Origin: an uncultured Rhodobacterales bacterium
GTDB lineage: Bacteria > Pseudomonadota > Alphaproteobacteria > Rhodobacterales > Rhodobacteraceae
Assembly: GCA_963976255.1 (NCBI GenBank)
Contig: CAXBJO010000001.1
Location: 14,770-78,769, forward strand
Length of the DNA stretch: 64,000 nucleotides
Direction of reading: 5' to 3'
The translations under genes and the position numbers were made by a program. Each line of letters starts with the position of its first letter. The stretch's first letter is position 1. The notes beneath the pieces were generated by a model. That model saw nothing but the letters and a program-made list of their open reading frames with translations, was not told where the DNA came from and made no database searches. Positions 1 to 10,820 of this stretch are shown here, one piece after another.

Positions 1-1
1 C

Positions 2-244
2 GTGTCGCTGTACAAATCCGAAACCTTCCCGACCACAGGTTTTGGTACCGCGTACAACCTGAAACCCGAGTTGGCAGAAAAGATCCGCAATGCGTTCTTC
101 AGTTTCGAATGGGCGGGCACATCCCTTGAGGAGGAATTCGGCAAAGGTGGCGAATCGCAGTTCATCGATATGAACTACAAGGATTTCTGGAACGTGATCC
201 GCAAGATTGATACTGCAAATGGCGTAAGCTACGCCTGCGAATAA
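2..244 (+). CDS. phnD: Phosphonate/phosphite-type ABC transporter periplasmic binding protein, C-terminal fragment (gene enters from left edge)
   Basis: The ORF is open at the window edge. Its C-terminal 80 aa ([36 protein letters not shown]) look PhnD-like. It sits directly upstream of phnC-phnE-phnE. Confidence 0.7.
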   Translation: MSLYKSETFPTTGFGTAYNLKPELAEKIRNAFFSFEWAGTSLEEEFGKGGESQFIDMNYKDFWNVIRKIDTANGVSYACE

Positions 245-253
245 ACGCTGATT

Positions 254-280
254 GGGCGGACCTACGAGTCCGCCCATTTT
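254..280 (+). terminator. Rho-independent terminator/attenuator-like hairpin between phnD and phnC
   Basis: GGGCGGAC (254-261) pairs perfectly with GTCCGCCC (268-275) across a 6-nt loop and is followed by ATTTT. It begins 10 nt after the phnD stop codon. Confidence 0.6.
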
Positions 281-318
281 CAACTAAACAATCAAAAAAA
301 ATTGGTGCGGGGATGTTC

Positions 319-1110
319 ATGCTGCGAGTAGACAAGCTTGTAAAGACTTATAAAACAGGGGATCAAGCGTTAAAGGCAGTGGAAATCGATATCCCAGAAG
401 GCCAAGTTTTAGCGTTGATCGGGCCTTCAGGTGCCGGGAAATCAACCCTTATCCGGTGCATAAATCGACTGGTTGAACCCACATCTGGCAAGGTCTATTT
501 GGGTGATGTAGAGCTGACAGGCCTGTCATCTGCTGCCTTGCGACGCGAGCGGCGACGCATGGGTATGATCTTTCAGGAATATGCGCTTGTAGAGCGATTG
601 ACTGTCATGGAAAATGTTCTGTCGGGACGTTTGGGTTATGTCGGATTTTGGCGCAGTTTTTTACGCAAGTTCCCACAATCCGATGTGGACGAAGCCTTTC
701 GCCTGTTGGATCGCGTCGGCATGGCGCACATGGCGGACAAACGCGCCGACGAGCTGTCCGGTGGGCAACGCCAACGTGTCGGTATTTGCCGTGCCTTGAT
801 CCAAGATCCCGCATTGTTGTTAGTCGACGAGCCGACTGCATCGTTGGACCCAAAGACATCGCGTCAGATAATGCGTTTGATTTGTGAGTTGTGCAAAGAA
901 CGCGGGTTGGCGGCGATCATCAATATCCATGATGTGGCCTTGGCACAAATGTTTGTGCAACGTGTTATCGGCCTTAGGTTCGGTGCCATCGAATTTGATG
1001 GGCCACCAGAGGGTCTGACCCCCGATGTTCTGACGTCTATCTATGGCGAGGAAGATTGGGAGGCGACCATCGAAAAGGTCGAAGACGGCGAAGAGGTGGC
1101 CGCGCAATGA
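319..1110 (+). CDS. phnC: Phosphonate ABC transporter ATP-binding protein
   Basis: Walker [10 protein letters not shown], signature LSGGQRQRV and Walker [13 protein letters not shown] are present, with a typical PhnC N-terminus [12 protein letters not shown]. The ATG at 319 is about 5 nt after GGGGA; an alternative ATG lies at 313. Confidence 0.9.
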   Translation: MLRVDKLVKTYKTGDQALKAVEIDIPEGQVLALIGPSGAGKSTLIRCINRLVEPTSGKVYLGDVELTGLSSAALRRERRRMGMIFQEYALVERLTVMENVLSGRLGYVGFWRSFLRKFPQSDVDEAFRLLDRVGMAHMADKRADELSGGQRQRVGICRALIQDPALLLVDEPTASLDPKTSRQIMRLICELCKERGLAAIINIHDVALAQMFVQRVIGLRFGAIEFDGPPEGLTPDVLTSIYGEEDWEATIEKVEDGEEVAAQ

Positions 1111-1928
1111 CCGACACCGCTTTCGATGTGAAATCAAGGTTGGGTCAACCTTGGAAAAAGCCACCATTCGTTAAACGAAATTGGCTCCGTTGGATCTTGA
1201 TCCTTGGGTTTGTTGCATATCTAATCGCAGCCTACATGACAATCGACGTCAATTGGTCGCGTGTTTACGATGGTTTAGAGCGGGGAAAGAAATTTGTTCT
1301 GGCCTTTACCAACCCCGATTTCACCTCTCGCTCGACCGATATCTGGGGGGGCATGATCGAAAGTATCCTGATGACGATTGCTGCTTCGGTTGTGGGTATC
1401 GGGATATCGATCCCAATTGCTCTTGGGGCGGCGCGCAATGTGGCACCACTGCCCGTTTATCTAATTTGCCGTGGCATCATCGCCATAAGTCGCGCCTTGC
1501 AAGAGATTATCGTGGCGATCCTGTTGGTTGCGATTTTCGGTTTTGGACCGCTGGCTGGATTTTTGACACTAAGCTTTGCCACTATCGGATTTCTTTCGAA
1601 ACTGTTGGCCGAAGATATTGAAAGTATGGACAAGACACAGGCCGAGGCAATCAAGGCGTCTGGTGCGCGTTGGACACAATGGATTAACTATGGTGTTCAG
1701 CCCCAAGTCATGCCGCGATTGATCGGGCTCAGTATTTACCGCGTTGATATTAATTTTCGCGAAAGCGCGATCCTTGGTTTGGTGGGTGCTGGCGGGATTG
1801 GTGCAACGCTAAATACCGCTTTTGATCGTTACGAATATGATACGGCTGCGGCGATCCTTTTGATCATCATTGTAATTGTTATGGCGCTTGAATACCTGTC
1901 TGGTGTTATCCGCGCGAGGGTCCAATAA
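1107..1928 (+). CDS. phnE: Phosphonate ABC transporter permease
   Basis: Multi-TM protein with the PhnE-type motif [24 protein letters not shown]. Its ATG overlaps the phnC stop (ATGA at 1107-1110). The longer ORF from 1056 is an Arg/Gly-rich out-of-context extension. Confidence 0.9.
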   Translation: MTDTAFDVKSRLGQPWKKPPFVKRNWLRWILILGFVAYLIAAYMTIDVNWSRVYDGLERGKKFVLAFTNPDFTSRSTDIWGGMIESILMTIAASVVGIGISIPIALGAARNVAPLPVYLICRGIIAISRALQEIIVAILLVAIFGFGPLAGFLTLSFATIGFLSKLLAEDIESMDKTQAEAIKASGARWTQWINYGVQPQVMPRLIGLSIYRVDINFRESAILGLVGAGGIGATLNTAFDRYEYDTAAAILLIIIVIVMALEYLSGVIRARVQ

Positions 1929-2743
1929 TGCCAGTTCGTGACGCAAATAATCTAAAACTTTGGCAACGACGTACTGGCCGCGAGAGCTTGTTCCATTGGC
2001 TATTGTGGTTGATTGGTATCGCTATTTTCGCCTACAGCTGGCAGCAGATATCCCAAGCAACGACGTGGTTTTTCGTCTGGGACGCACCGCGCATCGCAAC
2101 TGATATCTGGACTCGTGCCACACCGCCAAAATGGGAATACATCGCGCAATTGGGCAAACCGATATGGGACACCTTTAACATTGCGACATTGGGCACAATC
2201 ATCGCGCTGTTTCTGGCGATTCCTGTTGCGTTTCTTGCGGCCAGTAACACAACACCGTCACGACTTTTCATTCGACCAATTGCGTTGTTGATCATTGTGT
2301 CGACCCGATCAATCAACTCGTTGATTTGGGCGCTGTTGTTGATTGCCATTATCGGGCCGGGCGTTTTTGCAGGCGTTGTGGCGATTGCCATTCGCTCTAT
2401 TGGATTTTGCGCCAAACTTATTTACGAAGCCATCGAAGAGATCGACGAGACCCAAGTTGAGGCAATCTCGGCCACTGGCGCATCGCGCTGGCAGGTCATG
2501 GCATATGGTATCGTTCCGCAAATCATGCCCGCTTTTGCAGGTATTGCGGTGTTCCGCTGGGACATCAATATTCGTGAAAGCACTGTACTGGGGCTGGTTG
2601 GTGCAGGGGGGATTGGCTTGCAATTGTCATCGTCATTGAACGTGCTGGCATGGCCACAAGTCGCACTTATCCTGCTTGTGATCTTGGTCGCGGTCGTCAT
2701 CTCTGAATGGGTTTCAGCCAAGGTACGGGGCGTGATTATTTGA
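1928..2743 (+). CDS. phnE: Phosphonate ABC transporter permease (second copy)
   Basis: Carries the motif EAISATGASRWQVMAYGIVPQIMP and multiple TM segments. It has a TAATG start/stop overlap with the preceding phnE. Confidence 0.9.
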   Translation: MPVRDANNLKLWQRRTGRESLFHWLLWLIGIAIFAYSWQQISQATTWFFVWDAPRIATDIWTRATPPKWEYIAQLGKPIWDTFNIATLGTIIALFLAIPVAFLAASNTTPSRLFIRPIALLIIVSTRSINSLIWALLLIAIIGPGVFAGVVAIAIRSIGFCAKLIYEAIEEIDETQVEAISATGASRWQVMAYGIVPQIMPAFAGIAVFRWDINIRESTVLGLVGAGGIGLQLSSSLNVLAWPQVALILLVILVAVVISEWVSAKVRGVII

Positions 2744-2745
2744 AT

Positions 2746-3633
2746 ATGCAACAGGCCTTTTCGGCTTATGAGAATGTGCGCCATCGACTTCCTTCGGCAC
2801 GTTCTGACGGCGTCTGCCTTGCGCGTGCTAATCTTGCCGAAATTGCGGGCGAGGTTGACACATTCTTTCTGGACGCATTCGGAGTTCTTAATATAGGCGA
2901 AACTGCCATTGCGGGTGTTCCAGCCCGCGTGGCCGCACTTCAGAAAGCGGGAAAGCGCGTACTTGTCGTCTCTAACGCGGCAGGTTATCCGCATTCCTTT
3001 TTGATGAATAAATACCAGAAACTTGGTTATGATTTTGCAGATGAAGATGTGATCACCAGTCGTAAAGCCCTGATCCACGGCCTGAAATCAGAGCCGGATT
3101 TCCACATGGGTATTATGGCAAATGAACAGCTTGGACGTGCCGATCTTGAGGGGCTTAATATCACATTCCTTGGCGACGATCCGATGAACTATGATAATGT
3201 TGATGCCTTTCTTATGATCGGCAGCGCGGTTTGGACCGAAGATCGGCAAGCGATGCTTGAGGCCTCAATCGCTGCCAATCCTCGACCCGTATATGTCGGT
3301 AATCCTGATATCGTTGCCCCGCGTGAAACCGGGTTCTCAACCGAGCCGGGCGCGTTTGCACATCGCTTGGCTGATCGTACTGGTGTCTCGCCGCAGTTTT
3401 TTGGAAAACCGTTCGGCACGATATTCGACCTTGCAATTGCGCGGCTGGATACGTTTGACCCTGCGCGTACACTGATGGTGGGCGACAGTCTGCATACTGA
3501 TATCTTGGGTGGCCAATGTGCGGGTACCAAAACCGCGCTGATTTCCGATTATGGGTTCTTTGCGAACGCAGATGTAAACCAATACATTGAGAAATCAGGT
3601 ATTTATCCCGACTATATACTTGAGCGACCCTGA
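2746..3633 (+). CDS. HAD-superfamily subfamily IIA hydrolase (uncharacterised clade)
   Basis: Motif I is FLDAFGVLNIG, followed by VVSNAAG, GKP and VGDSLHTDILG (motifs II-IV). The ATG lies 2 nt after the phnE stop. The 2707 start in the ORF track would overlap phnE. Confidence 0.8.
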   Translation: MQQAFSAYENVRHRLPSARSDGVCLARANLAEIAGEVDTFFLDAFGVLNIGETAIAGVPARVAALQKAGKRVLVVSNAAGYPHSFLMNKYQKLGYDFADEDVITSRKALIHGLKSEPDFHMGIMANEQLGRADLEGLNITFLGDDPMNYDNVDAFLMIGSAVWTEDRQAMLEASIAANPRPVYVGNPDIVAPRETGFSTEPGAFAHRLADRTGVSPQFFGKPFGTIFDLAIARLDTFDPARTLMVGDSLHTDILGGQCAGTKTALISDYGFFANADVNQYIEKSGIYPDYILERP

Positions 3634-3798
3634 AGAAACTGAGTTCTGTATGTTTCACAAGTAGATTGATTTTGATGAAATTTCAAAAAAGAAATTACAA
3701 TAATCACAAGCACTTGCAACATCTAAATAAAGCGCCATAATTAGCGTGAAAACGGGGCTCCTTCCTGTTTAACCCTATACAAACCAAGCGAGTTTCAT

Positions 3799-5454
3799 TT
3801 GAGCGATCAAAACCTAATAACCTTCTTACTTAGCATTGCTGGCGCTGCGGCGTTGTTAATTTGGGCTGTACGATTGGTACGCACAGGCGTCGAACGTGGC
3901 TTTGCCAATCATCTTCGGCTCTGGTTTCGCTTGTCTGCAAATAATCGGTTGTTTGCCGCTGGCTCTGGTATTGGCGCGGCTGTTTTCTTACAAAGTTCGA
4001 CCGCAGTTGCGGTTCTTGTATCCAATTTCATTACCAAGGGCGGATTGTTGACTGCGACCGGATTGGCGATACTCTTGGGTGCGGATGTCGGCTCTGCGGT
4101 TGTGTCGCAGCTCCTTTTGGTCAGGCAACCACTTTTGGTTCCGTTGACGATGCTTATTGGTGTAGCATTATTTTTGCGCTCAGAAAGCAGTAGCTTGCGA
4201 CAAGTTGGGCGAATTTTGATTGGGCTTTCGTTGATTTTTGTCTCGTTGGATATGATCCGCGCGGCGACAGGTCCGATTGCAGCAAGCCCGGGCACCCAAG
4301 CCGTCATGGTCTATCTTTCACAGGATCTTTTGACCGCGTTCATCGTTGGTGCGGGCTTTGCCTGGATATTTCACTCCAGTGTGGCGGCGGTTCTACTCTT
4401 TGTTACACTGGCTGGACAATCTGTTCTGCCTCTGGAAGCGGCGGCGGCGATGGTGCTTGGCGCGAACCTAGGCGGATCGATAATCGCGTATGTGCTGACG
4501 CTTTCGGCCTCACTTGAATCACGACAGGTGGTTGTGTCGAATTTGGTTCTACGTGGCGGTGGTGCGATGCTAGCAACAATATTGATTGCTAGGTTTCCTG
4601 ACGTTTTGGCGAACCTTGGATCCGCACCCGCGCGTCAGGCGATTAATTTGCATTTGACATTTAACCTTTTGCTGGCGATTTTGGCACTTCCTTTTGTAGG
4701 GGTCGTCGTCGCCCTAATTGGGCCAATGGTTATTGATAAATCATCCACAAGGTCGGGTTTGCCGTCCTCCAGCGCATTGGATCAATCCGCATTGGATCGT
4801 CCACAGCGCGGCCTTGATTGTGCTGCACGAGAATTACTTGGGATGGGTCAAAAAATCGAACAAATGTTGATTACTGTCGAACCACTTTATGACACATGGG
4901 ATGCAACAGTCGCACAGTCAATCCGGGAACAAGACAAGGCCATCAAGCAAATTCACCACGACCTAAAGTTGTACTTGGCGCGACTGGGCAAAGCGGGCTT
5001 GGATGATGAAATGGGGCGACGGTCAATGGAACTGGCGGCAACATCGACCAGCTTGGAGGCCGCATCGGACGCAATTGCGCGGATTATGCTTGGCCTTGCG
5101 AAAAGGTTGGACGCCAATGGGCTACAGTTTTCAGTTAAGGGTCGTAAAGAAATCGGAAATTTTGCTGACCGGGTGCAGAATAACATTCAACTGGCTTTGA
5201 ACGTTATGATGAACCAAAATCCCGCCGAAGCCCGCGAGCTTATCGCGGCCAAGGAAAAGGTAGGCCGTGTCGAACAGAAACTGCAACGCCACCACCTTGG
5301 CCGGCTACGCGAAGGTCTGGTAGAAAGCATTGAGACGAGTAACATTCACCAAGAAACGCTTCGGGCGCTGAAACAAATCAACGCCGCTTTTTCAGTGGTC
5401 GGTTATTCAATTCTTGCAAAATCAGGCGATCTTCTTAAAAGTAGGTTGGCTTAA
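3799..5454 (+). CDS. Na+/phosphate cotransporter family protein with C-terminal PhoU-like helical domain
   Basis: The N-terminal half is polytopic membrane protein (LVRTGVERGF..., repeated hydrophobic helices). The C-terminal ~200 aa are a soluble helical repeat typical of NptA/YjbB-type proteins. The start codon is TTG. Confidence 0.8.
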   Translation: MSDQNLITFLLSIAGAAALLIWAVRLVRTGVERGFANHLRLWFRLSANNRLFAAGSGIGAAVFLQSSTAVAVLVSNFITKGGLLTATGLAILLGADVGSAVVSQLLLVRQPLLVPLTMLIGVALFLRSESSSLRQVGRILIGLSLIFVSLDMIRAATGPIAASPGTQAVMVYLSQDLLTAFIVGAGFAWIFHSSVAAVLLFVTLAGQSVLPLEAAAAMVLGANLGGSIIAYVLTLSASLESRQVVVSNLVLRGGGAMLATILIARFPDVLANLGSAPARQAINLHLTFNLLLAILALPFVGVVVALIGPMVIDKSSTRSGLPSSSALDQSALDRPQRGLDCAARELLGMGQKIEQMLITVEPLYDTWDATVAQSIREQDKAIKQIHHDLKLYLARLGKAGLDDEMGRRSMELAATSTSLEAASDAIARIMLGLAKRLDANGLQFSVKGRKEIGNFADRVQNNIQLALNVMMNQNPAEARELIAAKEKVGRVEQKLQRHHLGRLREGLVESIETSNIHQETLRALKQINAAFSVVGYSILAKSGDLLKSRLA

Positions 5455-5580
5455 GCGCCTGACAATGTGCACCAAGGATTTTTGTCATCGTTAAGGATGT
5501 CCCCTGCCACAGGTCACTAATATTCATTTCTTATTAACCTTGGTTAACTACTCTGGCAATGATGTAGGAGTGCCAGAAAA

Positions 5581-7635
5581 ATGGGTGGGCATAATAGGGA
5601 ACTGGAAGAAGCGTACCAAAGCGATCTCGTTCAGGAATCTGAAACTGATTTGTTCGCTGATTCAATCTTTCCAGTATGGATTTTTGATGTCGACGGTTCT
5701 TGTGTACACTGGGCAAATCCTGCGGCCTTGGCACTTTGGAATGCCATTTCCTTGGATGAACTGCGGTCACGCGATATGGGTGCGGATATGTCCGCAACCG
5801 TTCGTGCGCGTCTTGACCATTATCGATCCGAGTTTGCACGCGGGCATCTGTTTGACGAGGTTTGGACAATCTATCCTAACGGAGTACCAAAAGCAATTTT
5901 GTGCCGGTTTCGCGGCTGTCGTCTGAAAACTGGTGGAATTGCTATGTTGTGCGAGGCACAGTTGGCGCCAGAAGAAGAGTCTCAAGTTTTACGTGGATCG
6001 CAGGCGTTGTTGTATACAGGTGCAATGGTGACGATGTATGATCAAGAGGGACATTGCATCTATGCAAATCCAGCGGCTTTGCGCGCTTTTTCTACCGATA
6101 GGGAATATCTGAGCGATCGAATTTGTGACAAAGGTATCTTAAAATTACTCTGCGCGGGTTTGAAATCGGGCCAAGAGGGGCACTATGTTAGTCAAGTTGT
6201 AACGGAATCTGGAACGCGAATTCACGAAATTGAAGCGCGAAATAGTTTTGATGTGGCGACCGGTAAGAAAAGTTTACTGCTGACGGAAATTGATATCAGC
6301 GAGAAAGAACAAGCCAAAAAAGAGGTGGAATATTTAGCAAATCACGACTTTTTGACGGGCTTATACAATCGCCATTTTTTGGGAGCGAATGCTGAGACGT
6401 TCATAGTGCAAGCGCTTGAACAAAATCATAGTGTGTTTGTTTGTTTGTTGGATCTCGACAGGTTTAAACTCGTCAACGATTCATTGGGTCACAAGGTCGG
6501 CGATCAATTGTTGAAAGAAGTATCAAACAAGTTGAATGAGGCTTTCCCAACGGACAGCATTATAGCCCGGTTTGGCGGTGACGAGTTTTGCATGTTATTG
6601 CGTTCTGCCCGGCCAATAACGGATATAACGCGCATGTGTAGAAAATTAGCCACTGCCCTTAAACAACCATTGGGAATCGGGCGGCAGGCCATTGGCATCG
6701 ATGCGAGTATTGGTGTGAGTTACAATTTGTCAAAAGAAGATTTTATCGATTTTGATGAACTTGTTTCAAAGGCCGATTTGGCACTGTATTCGGCGAAACG
6801 CAGCGATGTAGATACCGTTCAAATCTTTCGGAATCGCCTGTTTATTCAAAGGCAGAGATTCCTAAAAGTCGAAGAAGAGTTGTCCAACGCATTGATGAAT
6901 GCGGGTCAGGGGCTTTCCTTATCCTTTCAACCAGTAGTTTGTTTGCTGACGCGAAAGATCGTTGGCCTAGAGGCTTTGGCGCGGCTTCGTGGGTCGGATG
7001 GACGCGACATCCCCCCCTCGGAATTTATTCCCATCGCGGAATCGACGGGCATGATCAATGAACTGGGCGGATGGGTTTTAGAGCACGCTGTCGAAAGCCA
7101 ATTAAAAATGACCAAGGCTCTGCAGGAATGCAAGTTATCGGTCAACGTTTCGCCAACGCAATTCCGAAGTATTTCATTGTTGCGCCAACTTCGAAATTTA
7201 AAACAAAGACCTGGTTTTGACACCGCGAAATTGGAAATCGAGTTGACTGAAACCGCTCTACGATCAGGTGAATCACACTTTATAAAAATGTTACAAGAGA
7301 TTGTTGAAATGGGTTATCCATTGGCAATCGACGATTTCGGAAGTGCTTATTCAAACATCGCGCGATTGAACGGATATCCAGTGAAAACAATTAAAATTGA
7401 CCGCAGCATGATAACGCATTCCGATGGAAAATTGGCGGCGGGGGCAATTGATATTGTGAAAGCGTTGAACTTGAGTGTCGTTGCAGAAGGTATTGAAACA
7501 CAAGAGCAATCCGATTGGCTAGTGTCAAAAGGCTGTACCGACCACCAAGGATTTTTATACTCGAAGGCATTGTCTTTCGCGGAGCTTATGCAAATTTCGG
7601 ATCGTGATATTACCTCGTTAGAGAAATTTAAATAA
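5581..7635 (+). CDS. Cytoplasmic PAS-GGDEF-EAL protein (c-di-GMP turnover)
   Basis: RFGGDEFCML is intact. The EAL domain motifs are all present: QPVV, EALARL, ELTET, DDFGSAYS, KIDRS, EGIETQEQ and QGFLYS. The N-terminal ~250 aa are PAS-like. Confidence 0.9.
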   Translation: MGGHNRELEEAYQSDLVQESETDLFADSIFPVWIFDVDGSCVHWANPAALALWNAISLDELRSRDMGADMSATVRARLDHYRSEFARGHLFDEVWTIYPNGVPKAILCRFRGCRLKTGGIAMLCEAQLAPEEESQVLRGSQALLYTGAMVTMYDQEGHCIYANPAALRAFSTDREYLSDRICDKGILKLLCAGLKSGQEGHYVSQVVTESGTRIHEIEARNSFDVATGKKSLLLTEIDISEKEQAKKEVEYLANHDFLTGLYNRHFLGANAETFIVQALEQNHSVFVCLLDLDRFKLVNDSLGHKVGDQLLKEVSNKLNEAFPTDSIIARFGGDEFCMLLRSARPITDITRMCRKLATALKQPLGIGRQAIGIDASIGVSYNLSKEDFIDFDELVSKADLALYSAKRSDVDTVQIFRNRLFIQRQRFLKVEEELSNALMNAGQGLSLSFQPVVCLLTRKIVGLEALARLRGSDGRDIPPSEFIPIAESTGMINELGGWVLEHAVESQLKMTKALQECKLSVNVSPTQFRSISLLRQLRNLKQRPGFDTAKLEIELTETALRSGESHFIKMLQEIVEMGYPLAIDDFGSAYSNIARLNGYPVKTIKIDRSMITHSDGKLAAGAIDIVKALNLSVVAEGIETQEQSDWLVSKGCTDHQGFLYSKALSFAELMQISDRDITSLEKFK

Positions 7636-7640
7636 CGCCC

Positions 7641-9302
7641 TTAACGTTGTTGTGTTTTCCATTTCGGGTGGTTCCAAGGTTTTGCATTTGATTTGGGCAA
7701 TGGTGGTTTACCCAGAATGAAATCCGAAGCTTTTTCACCTGTCATGACGGAAGGTCCATTTAAGTTCCCGTTTGTTATGCGTGGAAAAATTGAGCTGTCA
7801 GCAACACGTAGACCGTCAACGCCAATCACGCGGCATTCAGGATCAACAACTGCCATTGGATCACTTGGTGCGCCCATTTTACATGTGCCGCAGGGGTGAA
7901 AAGCGCTCTCTACATGCTCGCGCAAGAAAGTGTCCAGTTCCGCATCGGATTGCATGTCTGTGCCTGGTTGAATTTCTTTGCCAGCATATTCACGAAACGC
8001 ATCTTGGGCGAAAATCTCACGGGTGAGGCGGATACAGTTTCGAAAATCCGCCCAATCTTCGGGCTTGCTCATATAGTTGAATTGGATTTTTGGTGCCGCC
8101 TTGGGGTCATTGGATGCCAATGTAACTGAACCACGTGAATTGGATCGCATGGGTCCAACATGAGCTTGAAAGCCGTGCCCCTCGGCGGCGGCTTGACCGT
8201 CGTATCGAACCGCGATGGGCAAGAAGTGATATTGTATGTCGGGATACTCGATACCTGCCTTGGATCGAATGAACGCAGCACTCTCAAATTGGTTTGATGT
8301 GCCTAAACCGGTTTTCATAAACAACCATTGCGCGCCAATCAGAGCCTTGGAAATCAAATTCCAATGACGATACAATGTAATAGGTTTCAGGGATGCAATT
8401 TGTAGATAAATTTCCAAATGATCCTGCAAGTTTTGGCCAACACCAGGGCGATCAGCTATCACTTCAATATCATGTTCCTGCAGTTGAGCAGCTGGGCCAA
8501 TGCCCGACAGCATCAGTAGTTTTGGCGAGTTAATAGAGGATGCGGCAATGATGATTTCGCGTTTTGCACGCAGGGTTTCAATCTTACCGCCACGTTCAAT
8601 TTCAACGCCCACCGCGCGGCCATTTTCAATAATTACTTTGCGCGCAAAAGCACGGACAATATTACAGTTATCGCGTTTCAATGCGGGATGTAGATAGGCG
8701 TTTGCCGCTGACCAACGACGCCCTTTATGAACAGTTTGCTCCATTGGGCCAAAGCCCTCTTGCTTTTCGCCATTGTAATCACTGGTGGTTTCGTACCCAG
8801 CTTGGCGGCCAGCGTCGACAAATGCCTTGAATAATGGATTTTTGCGCGGCCCGCGTGATACGTGCAACGGCCCCTTGCGCCCGCGCCATGATTTATCGCC
8901 GCCATGGCCGCCACTGCGCCAATTTTCCATACGTTTGAAATACGGCAACACATCCGCGTACGACCATCCCTTAGCGCCCGACGCTTCCCAATGATCATAA
9001 TCTTTCGCATGGCCACGCACATAAACCATACCGTTAATAGACGATGATCCACCAACAACTTTGCCACGTGGTGTGACCAGTTTACGCTCATCCAAATGGG
9101 GTTCGGGTTCAGATTGAAACCCCCAATCGTATGTTTTCATGTTCATTGGATAGGACAGCGCCGCCGGCATCTGAATGAGGGGGCCAATATCGCTGCCACC
9201 ATACTCGATGACCAATACAGAATTTTGCCCATCTTCGGACAAACGATAAGCCATGGCACAGCCCGCAGAGCCAGCACCGATAATGATAAAATCTGCGTCC
9301 AT
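7641..9302 (-). CDS. betA: Choline dehydrogenase (GMC oxidoreductase)
   Basis: N-terminus [25 protein letters not shown], with GMC family signature regions. It lies downstream of betB. AAGGA sits 8 nt upstream of the ATG at 9302; the ORF-track start at 9329 would overlap betB. Confidence 0.92.
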   Translation of the reverse strand: MDADFIIIGAGSAGCAMAYRLSEDGQNSVLVIEYGGSDIGPLIQMPAALSYPMNMKTYDWGFQSEPEPHLDERKLVTPRGKVVGGSSSINGMVYVRGHAKDYDHWEASGAKGWSYADVLPYFKRMENWRSGGHGGDKSWRGRKGPLHVSRGPRKNPLFKAFVDAGRQAGYETTSDYNGEKQEGFGPMEQTVHKGRRWSAANAYLHPALKRDNCNIVRAFARKVIIENGRAVGVEIERGGKIETLRAKREIIIAASSINSPKLLMLSGIGPAAQLQEHDIEVIADRPGVGQNLQDHLEIYLQIASLKPITLYRHWNLISKALIGAQWLFMKTGLGTSNQFESAAFIRSKAGIEYPDIQYHFLPIAVRYDGQAAAEGHGFQAHVGPMRSNSRGSVTLASNDPKAAPKIQFNYMSKPEDWADFRNCIRLTREIFAQDAFREYAGKEIQPGTDMQSDAELDTFLREHVESAFHPCGTCKMGAPSDPMAVVDPECRVIGVDGLRVADSSIFPRITNGNLNGPSVMTGEKASDFILGKPPLPKSNAKPWNHPKWKTQQR

Positions 9303-9312
9303 GTTTATGTCC

Positions 9313-10764
9313 TTAGTAGGGTGAATCAACGTTGCCCATGCGAACGTAAACTGTTTTTAATTGGCTATAATGCTCGATTGCGGCTTTGGAGTTTTCGCGC
9401 CCTACGCCCGATCCCTTCACGCCGCCAAAGGGGGCTTCGACAGGGGCATCATTATAGCTGTTGATGAAACAGGTGCCTGCCTCAAGTTCATCAACAACAC
9501 GGTGTGCGCGTTTGATGTCGTTGGTAAATACACCACCAGCCAAACCAAGGTCGGTGTTATTTGCACGCGCAATAACTTCCTCTTCGGTCTCAAATGTAAA
9601 GACGGACATCACGGGGCCAAAAATCTCTTCGCGTGCAATGGTCATATTGTCGGTCACATCTGCAAAAACTGTCGGTTCGATGAAATAGCCAGAGCCGTCG
9701 ATGGCATGACCGCCACAAATCAGCGTTGCACCTTCGGCTTTGCCCTTTTCGATGAAACCCATGACAATATTGCGCTGGTTCTCAGACACCATAGGACCAA
9801 ATTGTGTTTCCATATCCATTGGATCACCAATTTTAATAGCGGCGGCGCGTTCGGCAAAACGTTTCAGAAATGCATCTTTGATACCGCTTTGAACAAACAC
9901 GCGCGTACCGTTGGAACACACTTGGCCTGTGGAATACATATTCGCCAACATTGCACCACCAATTGCGTTTTCAATATCTGCGTCATCAAAAATAATCAGT
10001 GGTGATTTTCCACCCAATTCCATCGTAACGTGTTTCATTCCAGCGGCGGCGGCGGCGTAAACTTTCTTGCCTGTTGCAGCGGATCCAGTCAGGGATACTT
10101 TGTCGACGCGATCATCTGTGACCAATGCGGCGCCCACATCGCCGTATCCTTGGACAACATTGTAAATACCTGCTGGTGCGCCTGCCTCGATCAAAATCTC
10201 GGCCACTTTCAGTGCACAAAGCGGTGTCATTTCGGATGGCTTGAAAATCATCGCGTTACCACACGCCAATGCAGGGGCACCTTTCCAACAGGCGATTTGG
10301 GTTGGGTAATTCCATGCACCAATTCCGACGCACACACCCAAGGGTATGCGTTTTGTGTAAACCCAATCCTCGCCCAGTGCGATATGCTCGCCAGTGACTG
10401 CACCTGCCAGTCCGCCAAAATATTCCAGCGCATCCGCGCCTGATGTTGCGTCCACATACAATGTTTCTTGCATTGGTTTACCCGTATCATAGGTTTCCAA
10501 AATGGACAGTTCATGGTTGCGTTCGCGCATGATGTCGGATGCGCGGCGCAAAACGCGACCACGTTCTGTACCTGATAATTTGCCCCAAGCTTTTTGTGCT
10601 GACTTGGCGGCGTTCAGCGCCATATCAACAATTTCCGGTGTCGCAGAATGTAGCGTTGCGATCAGCTCGCCGGTTGCAGGATAAATGCATTCGATGACCT
10701 TGCCATTAGTGTCTTCGACGTATTCGCCATTTATGAAATGGCTGGCGGTGGGTTGAGCGCGCAT
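9313..10764 (-). CDS. betB: Betaine-aldehyde dehydrogenase
   Basis: Aldehyde dehydrogenase family protein (ELGGKSP, catalytic Cys in GQVCSNGTR) with N-terminus [18 protein letters not shown] typical of BetB. The ATG at 10764 is preferred over the upstream GTG at 10812. Confidence 0.92.
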   Translation of the reverse strand: MRAQPTASHFINGEYVEDTNGKVIECIYPATGELIATLHSATPEIVDMALNAAKSAQKAWGKLSGTERGRVLRRASDIMRERNHELSILETYDTGKPMQETLYVDATSGADALEYFGGLAGAVTGEHIALGEDWVYTKRIPLGVCVGIGAWNYPTQIACWKGAPALACGNAMIFKPSEMTPLCALKVAEILIEAGAPAGIYNVVQGYGDVGAALVTDDRVDKVSLTGSAATGKKVYAAAAAGMKHVTMELGGKSPLIIFDDADIENAIGGAMLANMYSTGQVCSNGTRVFVQSGIKDAFLKRFAERAAAIKIGDPMDMETQFGPMVSENQRNIVMGFIEKGKAEGATLICGGHAIDGSGYFIEPTVFADVTDNMTIAREEIFGPVMSVFTFETEEEVIARANNTDLGLAGGVFTNDIKRAHRVVDELEAGTCFINSYNDAPVEAPFGGVKGSGVGRENSKAAIEHYSQLKTVYVRMGNVDSPY

Positions 10765-10787
10765 AAGAGATACCTTTTGTTGTGTTG

Positions 10788-10810
10788 GGCCCCCGGCAAT
10801 GCCGCGGGCC
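10788..10810 (-). other. Intercistronic GC-rich hairpin between the BCCT-like gene and betB
   Basis: GGCCCCCGGC / GCCGCGGGCC forms a 10-bp stem with one mismatch and a 3-nt loop. It lies between the transporter stop (10821) and the betB ATG (10764). Confidence 0.4.
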
Positions 10811-10820
10811 ACTGTCGAAT

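Noticed and set aside
3650-3715. Possible Pho box upstream of the Na/Pi transporter gene (TCACAAG at about 3653 and 3703; ATTACAA/ATCACAA nearby).
   Set aside because: The repeats are spaced 9 nt and about 50 nt apart rather than in the 11-nt phasing of PhoB sites. The motif also differs from CTGTCAT-type half-sites, so the evidence is too weak to call.
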